Assembly (NCBI GenBank): GCA_965223905.1
Contig: CBDCXV010000009.1
Coordinates: 384,001-448,000 of the forward strand
Direction of reading: 5' to 3'
Source of the DNA: Candidatus Latescibacterota bacterium
GTDB taxonomy: Bacteria; Latescibacterota; UBA2968; UBA8231
Length of the DNA: 64,000 nucleotides
Position 1 is the stretch's first letter. Each line of letters opens with the position of its first letter. Shown in pieces: positions 36,115 through 45,428 of this stretch. The translations under genes and the position numbers were made by a program. A model generated the notes under the pieces. It saw only the letters and a program-made list of their open reading frames with translations, had not been told where the DNA came from and did no database searches.

Positions 36115-36314
36115 AATGGCATCGGCCCGGATTCCTTTTAGCCTTTATACCCCCGGGGAAATTTCCGCCCGCGCCAACAGTGGAGAAAAGAAATGCGTTT
36201 CGAGATTTACCAGGACGATGAGCTCGCTACCCAATCAAACCCCGTCACCGGAGCCCTACAGGCGCTCGAAATTGTGCTCGACGGCGTGCTCGGATTAGAG
36301 GAGTTGCAGGGGAA

Positions 36315-37170
36315 ATGACCCGCACCCAGTGCGAGGTGTGCAAGGCCATCTCCTCCGCTGTTGCCGACTTGGGCTCACCTATCCCCGCAGCGAGCGCCGA
36401 GCTTGATGTAGACGAGGAGGCCCTGAGCAGTGCCTGCACCGTTCACCGGAACAGGGTTGCCGCCGCCATCGCTGCCGGCAAGAACGTGATCGATTTGGCC
36501 GGGGAGCGTGGGAAGTGCCGAGGTGAAACTCCAAGCCAATCTGTACCAGGCTGCCGGGGACGAGGCCGCGGACAGGTCCGGGGCGTGACTTGGGCACAGG
36601 CCGACGCGGCGGTATCCTTCGCCGAGATGGGCGGGTCTCTGACCGATGCGCGCGATGCGCGATCATCGCCGTCGCCTCCGACGCCTTGCTCAGGGCCAGC
36701 GAGGTGGCCGCGCTCAGGTCGACGACACCACCTGCGAACCCGAAGGCACGGGCCTTGTCACCATCCGGTCGAGCAAGAACGACCAGGAAGGGCGCGGATC
36801 GGTTCAGTTTTTGGGGGCTCCCACCGTGGACAGGATCAAGGCATGGCTGGAGGGAGCCGGCATTCGGGAGGGACCGTTGTTTCGCCGCGTCTTTCTGAAA
36901 AACAGCCGCGTCGGCGACCGGAAAATGAACGTGGACAGCGTCCGGAAGATCATCAAGAAGCGGTGCGCCGCCATCGGCATCGTGGGGAAGGTCTCGGCCC
37001 ACTCGCTGCGCGTGGGCGGGGCGCAGTCCCTGGCCGCCGGCGGGGCTTCGTTGCCGGAAATGCAGACCGCCGGGCGGTGGGAATCGCCGCAGATGCCCGG
37101 CCACTACGCTCGGGGTCAGCTTGCCGCCAAGGGAGCCGTCGCGCGGATCAAGTACGGCGCGGGACCATGA
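36315..37170 (+). pseudogene. Second Cre-like recombinase copy with a different N-terminus, frameshifted
   Basis: 36555-37170 closely matches 35490-36114; frameshifts near 36660 and 36715. Confidence 0.85.
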
Positions 37171-37253
37171 AAAATGGCCGTTTCAGGGGAGGGGTTGCGT
37201 TTACGTTCTCTTTGACATGCAAGCCTCCGTGGAGCAGATTCCGTTATACGGCG

Positions 37254-37336
37254 GGGGATTCAAAGGGTAGCTCAGCTGGTTAGAGCACCGGGTTGAGGTC
37301 CCGGAGGTCGTGGGTTCGAGTCCCACCCCTCCCCCC
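37254..37336 (+). tRNA. Non-canonical tRNA: GAG anticodon, short variable arm, His-like G-1:C73, 6-nt acceptor bulge
   Basis: D stem GCTC/GAGC, anticodon stem CCGGG/CCCGG with loop TTGAGGT, T arm GTGGG-TTCGAGT-CCCAC; TTGACA upstream at 37212. Confidence 0.8.
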
Positions 37337-37489
37337 GGTTTTTTCCCGTTCAGAGGTTGCCTCCCATATTCCCGAGTAATTCCCGAAATGAGAAAATGAT
37401 CTCCTAAGGCAGGGCTCTCAGAAAAAAATGGCTACCAATCCCGCGGAGTAGAGAAAAATCTGAAACTAAACCGAGGAGGAGGTTTGACA

Positions 37490-37621
37490 ATGAAAACAGC
37501 TTGGAAAGCAGTACGAATTATGCTGACTGTAGTTGGGGGAGCACTGCTGGAGGCAGATTCGCCGGTGGAGGAAATATTCTCCACCGGCGACATCCCGCCA
37601 AAACCCGGGTTTCTGAAGTAG
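37490..37621 (+). CDS. 43-aa peptide with hydrophobic N-terminus
   Basis: Strong RBS GGAGGAGG; MKTAWKAVRIMLTVVGGALLEADSPVEEIFSTGDIPPKPGFLK. Confidence 0.45.
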   Translation: MKTAWKAVRIMLTVVGGALLEADSPVEEIFSTGDIPPKPGFLK

Positions 37622-37764
37622 TCAGACTCCGATGCTGGGCCTATCCTCTGTGCCCCGTACATAACCCTGAAGACTCACACCCCCCTTCGCCTAAAAAAAA
37701 CGGGCAGCCGCGTGATCGAGGAAGATCAACGACTGCCCGCCCCCGCCCCCGCAGCAGCTGGCTA

Positions 37765-38247
37765 TTACCCCTCCTGACGCAGTTCCTCCCGCAGTTCCCC
37801 CAGATACGGGAACCGCTTTTCCTCGAGCTCGGCGGCCAGCTCCTGATTCTCGGCCCATTCGGGCGGCAGGACGGCGACCTGAGCGCCGACCAACCGGGTG
37901 TCCGCCGTCGCTTTTGCCGTCGGCCATGAGCTGGCGGGACAGGCATGAATCGCCTTGCCTTTCTTCGTAGCCTGAACCACCACGGCCAGGTGCCATCTGC
38001 CCCCTTCCGGGTGCTTCACCCCGACGACGTGGCCCTTGCGGACGACCAGTTCGGTGCCGTCGACCAGGGGCACGTGCGGGATCTCCACGAGGGTTTTCCG
38101 TACGCGCCGGAGGTAGGACTTTGAACGATCGTTGGCGTTTTTCCCCTGGCGTATCCCTGAGCAGGTGCCCGAGCAGGTTTTGGTGTGTGGCCGCGCTCTG
38201 AGCCGGGCGGGTGGAATGTTCTTTCTGCATACCGTGCACTTCTTCAT
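37765..38247 (-). CDS. Zinc-finger (CxxC...CxxxC) hypothetical protein
   Basis: RBS AGGAG; MKKCTVCRKNIPPARLRARPHTKTCSGTCS. Confidence 0.65.
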   Translation of the reverse strand: MKKCTVCRKNIPPARLRARPHTKTCSGTCSGIRQGKNANDRSKSYLRRVRKTLVEIPHVPLVDGTELVVRKGHVVGVKHPEGGRWHLAVVVQATKKGKAIHACPASSWPTAKATADTRLVGAQVAVLPPEWAENQELAAELEEKRFPYLGELREELRQEG

Positions 38248-38294
38248 GTGCTCCTGTTCTCTTCCTGGTATCCTCCCGACCTTCCGTCGCCCCC

Positions 38295-38489
38295 TTATCC
38301 CAGCAGGGCGGAAAGGAAGCGGAGGAAGCGGTTGAGGATGCGGCCGCCCACCGATTCGGGTGGGTGGCGCTCGGTCCACTGCGCTTTGAGCCGCTCGTTT
38401 TCCTGGCGGCGTCGGTCGGCGGCTTCCTGGTCGAGAGCGGCGGCGGTCTCCAAGTCCCGTGGCGTAAGGGGGGTCCGTTCTTCCTCCAT
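38295..38489 (-). CDS. Small hypothetical protein
   Basis: GGAGG RBS; co-oriented with the operon. Confidence 0.5.
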   Translation of the reverse strand: MEEERTPLTPRDLETAAALDQEAADRRRQENERLKAQWTERHPPESVGGRILNRFLRFLSALLG

Positions 38490-38843
38490 CAGGTCATCGC
38501 CTCCGGTTTCAGGGTCCAGGGTGTTCCTTCCCGGTCCCTACAAATTATCCGCCTTTCGGCCGGTCTCAAGGTCCCGGCCCGCTCGCGGCAGCAAGCTGGC
38601 GGGGGGATCCGGTGACTTGGTGGAGCTGCGCTCGCAGCTTCCGGTTCTCCTCCCGCAGGGCGCACACGCGCTCTCCCAGGGCCTGAACCGCGTCCCAGGG
38701 CCAGGGGGGATGCCGCTGCCCTGCCGGTCGGGGACATACCGCTTCTGCTCGTGCTTGGTATCCTCCCGATTGCGAGCCCGGCACTTGGGACACCGGGCTG
38801 TAGGATTCCGCCGACCGCCCGAAGGCGGCCGGCCCCCTCTCCG

Positions 38844-39452
38844 TTACTCAGGCGTCGGGTTTGCGTCGTGCTGGCGCTTGAGCCGGTCGCCTTCGTCGTT
38901 GTCGTAGCGTGCGCAGCCCTCGCCGTCGACGAACTCCCGCAGATCGTTGCGGCGGATGGCGTGGGCCAGCTCGCGCACCGCCTCGGCGGACCGATCGTTG
39001 GGCCAGTAGGTCTGGTTGACCCACCGCTCGATCTCGCCGGCGATCTGGCCGCGCTCGTGCGTCGGGTCTGCCGGGACGGCCGGGTCGGCCACCGAGCCGG
39101 GCAAGGGGGTCAGCGCCTCCCAGGCGGCGTCGCTGTCGTTCACGTCGGTATCCTTGCGCCACACCGACCCGTCGTCGCAGAAGGCGATGACGTGGCTGAC
39201 GATGCCCGGGCCTGCGTTGGATACGGTTTTCAAGACCGTCCTGCCTTCCGGGGCGGTCCCGAAGTATTTGCCGATGAGCCCGGTGAGGGTTTCGTCGCCG
39301 AGGCCGATGTCGCCGGCCACGGCGATGGCTTGATCGGGCGTGGGTATCTTCTGGCGGATGCCGCGCGGCCCGCGCTGGACGCACAGGTGTCCGGCGATGT
39401 CGTGCAACGCCACCACCAGTTCCCCGTTCCGGTTCCTGCCAAACAGTTCCAT
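38844..39452 (-). CDS. Hypothetical protein
   Basis: GGAGG RBS preceded by a hairpin. Confidence 0.65.
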   Translation of the reverse strand: MELFGRNRNGELVVALHDIAGHLCVQRGPRGIRQKIPTPDQAIAVAGDIGLGDETLTGLIGKYFGTAPEGRTVLKTVSNAGPGIVSHVIAFCDDGSVWRKDTDVNDSDAAWEALTPLPGSVADPAVPADPTHERGQIAGEIERWVNQTYWPNDRSAEAVRELAHAIRRNDLREFVDGEGCARYDNDEGDRLKRQHDANPTPE

Positions 39453-39530
39453 GTGTCGAATCCTCCAAAAGCCCCCAAGGGGCGTTGTGGAGGCCGTAGC
39501 GAAGGGCCACGGCCTCCGTCCGGGTCGGGT

Positions 39531-41561
39531 CTACTCCTCGACGCTCCCAGGCCGAGCCGTGAAGCCCGGCGGCGTCCATTTGCGGATGCGGTCCTTGGCG
39601 TTCTCCGCCAGGGTGACCTCGCCGTCCGGGTTGCGGAAGATGGCTTGGGCGTGCTCGGCCAGTTCCTTCTTCTTGTAGCTCTTGAAGCCATCGGCCCATT
39701 CGCTGTCGCCGGCTGAGGCCATCGCCGCGAGGATGGCCTTCTTGGGGATGCGGGACCAGAACACGTCCGCCGACAGCCGGGCGTCGGCCAGCGGCGGCCC
39801 GAGCCGCTCGATGGCGGCTTCCAGCTCGACGGCCCCGGTCTCGATGCTCAACTGATTGGTGACCATTGCCGCGACGCAGAAGGCCAGCAGGTCCTGCTTG
39901 TCGTTCTCGCTGATCTCGCAAAACGCCTGCCAGCACTGCCCCACCATGCGCTCCGGATCGGTGCCCAACCACGGCTCGTGGCGCTTTTTCAGCTCCTCGG
40001 CGATCTCCTGAAACCGCGCCTCGCCGGGGTTGTTCTCGGCGAACCCGGCGTCCTGGTAGCGGTCGACCGGGTGCGTCGCGGTGACGGTCGCGGAAAACTC
40101 CAGCGCCTTGCGCCCGTAGCCGAGGTTGTCCCCCCCCAGCATCTGCCGGCCAAGCTGGAACACCAGCAGATCCACCGCGACCAGAGGCCGCTGGGCCAGT
40201 TCCGCCTTGACCATTGAGGTCCGGATGTGCTTCAAGTCGTCGGCCAGCGCCTGCGACACCCCGGCGTCCTTGCGGGCGTCGGCTTCCGGGTTGGACGCTG
40301 AGGGGGCCTTCGTCCGCGGCTTCACGGTGCCGTTGCCGCCGTGGCCGTTGCTGCCCGTTTCGACCACCGCCTGGGCGGCCGCCGCGTCGTCGGGACGGAT
40401 CAGGCCGCTTTCCGCCCGCACCGCGCCGCCGTTGGCCAGGTAGACGCACACGCCGGAAGCGGCCTTCTGCTCGGGCGTGAAGGCGGTCCGCTGCTCGACG
40501 GCGCCGGTGATCTCGTTGTGCTGCCGTTCCAGCCGGTCGTATTCGTCCTCGTCCCATTCGTCGCCGCCGTCGTCCTCGTTGTCGTCGTACGCCTCGTGCA
40601 AGGTGCCCATCTTCTCCTCGATGGCTTCCAGCTTGGCGGCTTCCTCCTCGGTCGGCTCCGGCTCGGGGGCGTGAAAGCGGCCGTAGCCGGCCAGCGCGGT
40701 GTAGTCGTACTCGAGGAGCACGTCGGCCCACTTCCAGCCCTCCTTTTTCAACTCCCCGGCGAGCTTGTTCAGCTTCTCGATCGCCAGCGAGCGCAGCAGT
40801 TGCGGGTCGTCGACGTAGACCCCGGCCTCGTCCCTTTCGGCGAACAGGTCGCGGGTGACGGTGCCGCCTGCGGCCTCGTACTCGGCGATGCCGACGAACT
40901 GCGCCGCCGCCGAACCGCCGTTCAGCTTGTCGTCGAGAAGCGTCGAGCGGATCGAGCGCGGGTTGACGTGATAGTGGCCCTCTACCGCCTTGAAACACGT
41001 CAACTGCGCCTCGGGGTCTGCCGACACGGTGAAGGCCATCAGGGCCTCCAGCGTCAGCTTCTCGTCGCGGTAGGCTTGCAGCAGCTCGGGGTGGACGCCG
41101 GCCAGCCGCAGCCGCTTCTCGACGGTCACGGGCGTCACCCCGAAGCGGGCGGCGATGGCCTCGACGGTGTGGCCGGCCTCGTGCAGCTCGCGGAAGGCTT
41201 CCACCTGGTCGGCGGGGTGCATGTCCGCCCTGACTACGTTCTCGGCAAGGCTGATCTCGGCGACCTCCTCCTCCTCCCCCATGATGAGACAGGGGACGGT
41301 GTAGGTGTCGCCGTCGATCTTGCCCTTGCCGGCCAGCCGCTGCAGGGCCTGAAAGCGCCGGCCCCCCGCGACCACGCCGTACGAGTCGTCGGCCTGAGAA
41401 TCCCCGGTGAGCAGCACCTGCAGGTTCTGGCGGACGCCGTGCGCGTCGATGGACGCTTCCAGCTGATCGTCCTCCTCCTTGGTCGCCGGCGTCGTGCGGA
41501 CGTTGGATTCGCTCAGATACAGCTTCCTGAACGGGATTGCTTCGATGTGGGATACGGTCAT
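39531..41561 (-). CDS. Long ParB/Spo0J-like protein (plasmid/ICE type)
   Basis: VVAGGRRFQAL, SLAENVVRADMHPADQVEAF, YEAAGGTVTRDLF. Confidence 0.9.
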   Translation of the reverse strand: MTVSHIEAIPFRKLYLSESNVRTTPATKEEDDQLEASIDAHGVRQNLQVLLTGDSQADDSYGVVAGGRRFQALQRLAGKGKIDGDTYTVPCLIMGEEEEVAEISLAENVVRADMHPADQVEAFRELHEAGHTVEAIAARFGVTPVTVEKRLRLAGVHPELLQAYRDEKLTLEALMAFTVSADPEAQLTCFKAVEGHYHVNPRSIRSTLLDDKLNGGSAAAQFVGIAEYEAAGGTVTRDLFAERDEAGVYVDDPQLLRSLAIEKLNKLAGELKKEGWKWADVLLEYDYTALAGYGRFHAPEPEPTEEEAAKLEAIEEKMGTLHEAYDDNEDDGGDEWDEDEYDRLERQHNEITGAVEQRTAFTPEQKAASGVCVYLANGGAVRAESGLIRPDDAAAAQAVVETGSNGHGGNGTVKPRTKAPSASNPEADARKDAGVSQALADDLKHIRTSMVKAELAQRPLVAVDLLVFQLGRQMLGGDNLGYGRKALEFSATVTATHPVDRYQDAGFAENNPGEARFQEIAEELKKRHEPWLGTDPERMVGQCWQAFCEISENDKQDLLAFCVAAMVTNQLSIETGAVELEAAIERLGPPLADARLSADVFWSRIPKKAILAAMASAGDSEWADGFKSYKKKELAEHAQAIFRNPDGEVTLAENAKDRIRKWTPPGFTARPGSVEE

Positions 41562-41643
41562 GGTTCGGTTTCTTCCTCTTAAGAGTCGGTAAGGGGGTAA
41601 AGCGGGAGGCCCCGAGCCGGCGACCTCCCGCCCTGAAAAGGTT

Positions 41644-42030
41644 TCAGCCTGTGGGGTGGTCGCGCTCCAGATGCTGAATAGCCCGCGCCTCGATCTCGAC
41701 AATCGAGTGCGGGTGGTCGGCCTCGTCGCGCCACGAGTGCGACGCCAGCCTGCCGGTGACGAACACCGGCGAGCCTTTGGTCAAGCAGTCGGCGCCGCGC
41801 TCGGCCTCGCTGTTGCGGACGATGACGTTGAAGTAGTGCGCCTCGTCCTGCCACTCGCCTTCGAGATCGCGGTACGAGCGGTTGACGCACATCCGGAAGG
41901 ACAGCCGCGACTGCCCGCTCTCGGTGATGCGATACTCGGGGTCCATGTGCAGCCTGCCGGCGATGCACACCTGATTGATGGCGGGCATGGGCAGGGCCGG
42001 ACGCGGCTCCTGTCGGGTTTCCTGTGTCAT
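41644..42030 (-). CDS. ssb: Single-stranded DNA-binding protein
   Basis: INQVCIAGRL..DPE...LTKGSPVFVTGRL; lacks the acidic DDIPF tail. Confidence 0.88.
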   Translation of the reverse strand: MTQETRQEPRPALPMPAINQVCIAGRLHMDPEYRITESGQSRLSFRMCVNRSYRDLEGEWQDEAHYFNVIVRNSEAERGADCLTKGSPVFVTGRLASHSWRDEADHPHSIVEIEARAIQHLERDHPTG

Positions 42031-42098
42031 GGGGTTTCTCCATTGGTGAAGGGGGAGGAAGCCCACAGGCGAGCCTGTGCGCCCCCTCCTGAGTGAGA

Positions 42099-42707
42099 TT
42101 AGCCGGCAGCCCGGTATTTGGCCGGCAGCCGCCTGAAATCGCCGGGCCGATGGGTCACGTATTCGGCCCCGGCCTGTGCGGCCTGCCGGTAGACGTCGGC
42201 GATACTCGGCCCGGCCCCGTGCTCGCGGCGACCCAAACGCCACTTGTAATGGCGGTTGCGGCCCGCGAAGCCCTCGACGGCGGGGTTGGGGTCGACCTCG
42301 GTGATCTGCGCGACGGACAGGTAGACCTCCGCCGCATCGAGCAGCATATCCCGCACCTGCCTGTCGATGGGCCGCTTGGCGAAGTCCGTCACCCGGTACA
42401 GGTCCAGCGGGAAGCTCAACGGGGCCGGGTCATGGCACACAAGCCCGTTGCGCTGTTCGTCGAAGCGGGCGATCCACACCCGCGCCTCGGCGGGAAGCAG
42501 CCCGACCAGCAGGTTGCTGTTCTCGATGAATTGCCCGTTGTCGTAGGCGACCAGATGAACGCCGCCCGTATCGCAGAACAGGCCGGTGGCCCGGTTCGTC
42601 GCCAGCGCCGCAGGGCAGGAGCGGCACTTGGCGATCTGCCCGTGCTTGATGTCGGCGTCCCGGATCTCGACGGTGACCTCCAGCGCGGGGTTCAGGTTGT
42701 TGTCCAT
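42099..42707 (-). CDS. Hypothetical protein
   Basis: GAGGAG RBS; CRSCPAALA motif. Confidence 0.65.
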   Translation of the reverse strand: MDNNLNPALEVTVEIRDADIKHGQIAKCRSCPAALATNRATGLFCDTGGVHLVAYDNGQFIENSNLLVGLLPAEARVWIARFDEQRNGLVCHDPAPLSFPLDLYRVTDFAKRPIDRQVRDMLLDAAEVYLSVAQITEVDPNPAVEGFAGRNRHYKWRLGRREHGAGPSIADVYRQAAQAGAEYVTHRPGDFRRLPAKYRAAG

Positions 42708-42783
42708 TTGCGTTGGTTCTCCTCAATGGGGGTGAAGGAAGGCAGGGGGGACCGCAGGCCGGCCCCGGCCCCCCCTTAATCCT

Positions 42784-42957
42784 TCATGCGCGGCGAGCCT
42801 TCCGGCGCTGGCCGGGGGTGGCGATCCCGTAGCGCCGGCAGAGACGGCCGAAGCTCGACGGGGCGATCCCGAGCGCGGCGGCCGCGTCGCGGGTGCGGTG
42901 ATACATCCGCGCGGCCCGCTCGATGCGCTCGGGGGTGTAGGCGGTCTGGCTGCTCAT
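42784..42957 (-). CDS. Small Fis-like HTH protein
   Basis: RDAAAALGIAPSSFGRLCRRYGI; start overlaps the radC stop. Confidence 0.7.
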   Translation of the reverse strand: MSSQTAYTPERIERAARMYHRTRDAAAALGIAPSSFGRLCRRYGIATPGQRRKARRA

Positions 42958-43682
42958 ACGATCCCTGTCTCCTTCAACGACACGAAGTCGGACCGTGCGA
43001 TGATGATGTGATCGAGGACCTCGATGCCCATGATGAGCCCGGCTTCGCGCAGCCGGTGCGTCAGGTCGATGTCGTCCTTGCTCGGCGACACGTCCCCGGA
43101 GGGGTGGTTGTGGGCGAGGATGACCGACGCGGCGCACTTGGCCACGCCGACCCGGAACACTTCGCGGGGGTGGACGATGGACGCGCTCAGGGAACCAATC
43201 GAGACGACCTCCTTGTGGATCACCTGATTGCGAGCGTTGAGGTAGAGGCAGACGAAGAACTCTTTGGGCTCGTCCTTGATGTCGGCCAGCATCGGGATCG
43301 TCTCGGTGGGGGTGCTGATTACCGGCAGGATGCCGATGCCGCGATCCAGCGCCCGGCGGGCGATCTCGACGGCGGCCAGCAGGCAGGCCGCGCGGCGCTC
43401 GGTGACGCCGCGCAGGCCGGCGAGCTTGTCCACGGGCAGGTTGACCAGCTCGCCGAAGTCGAAACGCTCGACGATGGACCGTGCGTCCTCCTCGGACGCG
43501 CCCAAGGCGACGGTCAGCAGCTCGGAATCGCGCATGGACTCGGCACCGTCCGAAATGAGCCGTTCCCGGCACGTAGGAGCCGCCAGAGGGCCGTCGTACA
43601 CCGGGCCGGTCTCTGACACCCTGTCGGCCCCGTGCGCCGGACGGGCGCAGGTGACGCGGTCTGCGGGGGTGTGCATCTTCAT
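42954..43682 (-). CDS. radC: RadC/JAB-domain protein
   Basis: DSELL, VHPREVF, AHNHPSGD, VLDHIII. Confidence 0.93.
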   Translation of the reverse strand: MKMHTPADRVTCARPAHGADRVSETGPVYDGPLAAPTCRERLISDGAESMRDSELLTVALGASEEDARSIVERFDFGELVNLPVDKLAGLRGVTERRAACLLAAVEIARRALDRGIGILPVISTPTETIPMLADIKDEPKEFFVCLYLNARNQVIHKEVVSIGSLSASIVHPREVFRVGVAKCAASVILAHNHPSGDVSPSKDDIDLTHRLREAGLIMGIEVLDHIIIARSDFVSLKETGIV

Positions 43683-43767
43683 GGCTATCCATTCTCCTTG
43701 ACAGAGGGTGATGGTGTGTTGTGGGAGGGGGGGACGTTGTGCGCGTCCTCCCCTCCCTTTTTGGTGC

Positions 43768-44547
43768 CTACTCCAACAGCCGGCAGGCGATGCGCTCCAA
43801 GACTTCGCGGACCGCTTTCGTCGGCTCGGCGTTGATGATCTCCTGCAACTCGGCGGCGACTGCGGCCCGGACCTCGCGGGAAACCTCGCCGCGCACTTCA
43901 TCGCGGATCCGCTGCCTGTGCCGGGTGGCCTCGGCGATGCGCTCCCGCTCCTCGACGATGCCCAGCGCCCGCCGCACCTGTGCTTTCCAGTGCTCGGCGT
44001 TGAGGGTGTGCAGCCCGTTCTCGTACTGCGCCCGCGCCGCATGGCGGAAGCGCCGGAAGTCGAACGGTACCCAGTTGGCGAAGTCGGCAGCCGCCGCCTT
44101 CAGGATGGCCTCGGCGTCCATGCCGTGCTCGGGGTGCAACTGAACCTCCAGCCGCTTGTCGAGAGGACGGGCGTCCAGTTCCAGCGCCACCCGCTCCAGC
44201 ACGTCGAAGCGGCCCGCCCGGTCATAGGCGTCGATGGCGTCCTGAATCCAACGCTTGCACTGCACGTCGTCGGCCATCTTCACGGCGGTATCAAACTCGA
44301 TGTCCTCCAGGTCGCCGCCGGTGCGGATCTCGGCAGCCCGCCGCAGCTTGACCTTGCCCCCGTCGAAGCGGAAGAAGTAGGCCGGCAGAATCCACGGTTT
44401 CGCCTCGACCGTCAGGGCGATGCACGCCATCTGATCGCCGGCCAGCTTGGCGGTGCAGTGCAGCTTGACGAGGGTGTCATACGACCGCTGCACGGCATCG
44501 CCTTGCCGGTTGTCGGCCCCGGCCCCGTTGCCGTTGGGATGCTTCAT
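43768..44547 (-). CDS. Hypothetical protein
   Basis: 259-aa ORF with RBS, downstream of hammerhead-like motif 1. Confidence 0.7.
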   Translation of the reverse strand: MKHPNGNGAGADNRQGDAVQRSYDTLVKLHCTAKLAGDQMACIALTVEAKPWILPAYFFRFDGGKVKLRRAAEIRTGGDLEDIEFDTAVKMADDVQCKRWIQDAIDAYDRAGRFDVLERVALELDARPLDKRLEVQLHPEHGMDAEAILKAAAADFANWVPFDFRRFRHAARAQYENGLHTLNAEHWKAQVRRALGIVEERERIAEATRHRQRIRDEVRGEVSREVRAAVAAELQEIINAEPTKAVREVLERIACRLLE

Positions 44548-44560
44548 CGGTTTTCCTTTC

Positions 44561-44619
44561 CGGTTTCTTGAGCGCGGCAGGATTGCCGCGCCCTCGTCAG
44601 CCCGTCGATTCGGGGACCG
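44561..44619 (-). ncRNA. Type III hammerhead-ribozyme-like motif, copy 1
   Basis: CGGUC-CCCG(AAUCGA)CGGG-CUGACGA-GGGCGCGGCA(AUCC)UGCCGCGCUC-AA-GAAACCG. Confidence 0.7.
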
Positions 44620-44875
44620 TTAAAGGCTGCCGGTGCCCGAGAGGGGAAAGGCACCGGCAGCCCCTTCACGCGGGCCAGCCGCGCGGTTTCTTCTTCCCGG
44701 CGTTGCCCTCGATCCACGCCTTCATCCCTTCCCAATGCGGGGTGCGGCTGTCTGTCAGGAACTCGGCCACACCCTCCGCCTTGGTCCGGTTGGTGCTGGC
44801 AAAGCAGAGTCGTTCTTCGGCGTCGAGGACGCGCCACGTCCGACTGCCGCGAGTCTTGACCGCGAGGTAAGTCCA

Positions 44876-45313
44876 TCAGCTGGCAGCCTTCGCGCCTACC
44901 GGCTCGCCGCAGGCGTGATGCAGCTTGGGGTAGATGGAGGCGCCGCACCGGGGGCAGTCCTTGGTGGCAGGGTCCAGCTTGCCGCCGTGAGAGCCGACAG
45001 CCTCCATCCCGGTCAACTCCTCCAACAGCGGCACCGCCACGTTGTACCGCTCGATCCTCATGGCGATGGCCAGCGCCGTCAGTTGCCCGCCGCCGATCCC
45101 GAGCAGGGCCAGCACGATGGGCGCCTCGCAATCCTCCTCGGCCCATCCCGGACCGTGATAGAAGCAGGTGAGCAACTCAGCCGGCAGACGGTCCTGAACC
45201 TCGGCGGACAGCCGCAAGCCGCCGTGTGAGGCCGTAGCGACGAGATCGACACCGGCGGCGAGGGTTTCGACGTGCTCGATCCGGCCCCACGGGGAGTGTC
45301 CGGGTTTACGCAT
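44876..45313 (-). CDS. DUF7007-like protein
   Basis: SPWG...TASHGGLRLS...WAEEDCE. Confidence 0.7.
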   Translation of the reverse strand: MRKPGHSPWGRIEHVETLAAGVDLVATASHGGLRLSAEVQDRLPAELLTCFYHGPGWAEEDCEAPIVLALLGIGGGQLTALAIAMRIERYNVAVPLLEELTGMEAVGSHGGKLDPATKDCPRCGASIYPKLHHACGEPVGAKAAS

Positions 45314-45333
45314 GGGTTCTTATCTCCGGTTTG

Positions 45334-45389
45334 CGGTTTCTTGAGAGCGGCTCGTCCGCTCCCTCGTTAGCCCGTTGATTCGGGGACCG
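45334..45389 (-). ncRNA. Type III hammerhead-ribozyme-like motif, copy 2 (CUAACGA core)
   Basis: CGGUC-CCCG(AAUCAA)CGGG-CUAACGA-GGGAGCGG(ACGAG)CCGCUCUC-AA-GAAACCG. Confidence 0.62.
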
Positions 45390-45428
45390 TCCAAGCGCCG
45401 GTGCCTGTCAAGCACCGGCGCTTGGGTA

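Noticed and set aside
37254-37336. The tRNA as the element's integration site
   Set aside because: It is internal to the element and no duplicated 3' fragment was seen at either boundary in this window; not fully excluded.
41562-41640. AAGAAACCG before the parB-like gene as a third hammerhead-like copy
   Set aside because: It lacks the CUGANGA core, stem I and the GUC site.
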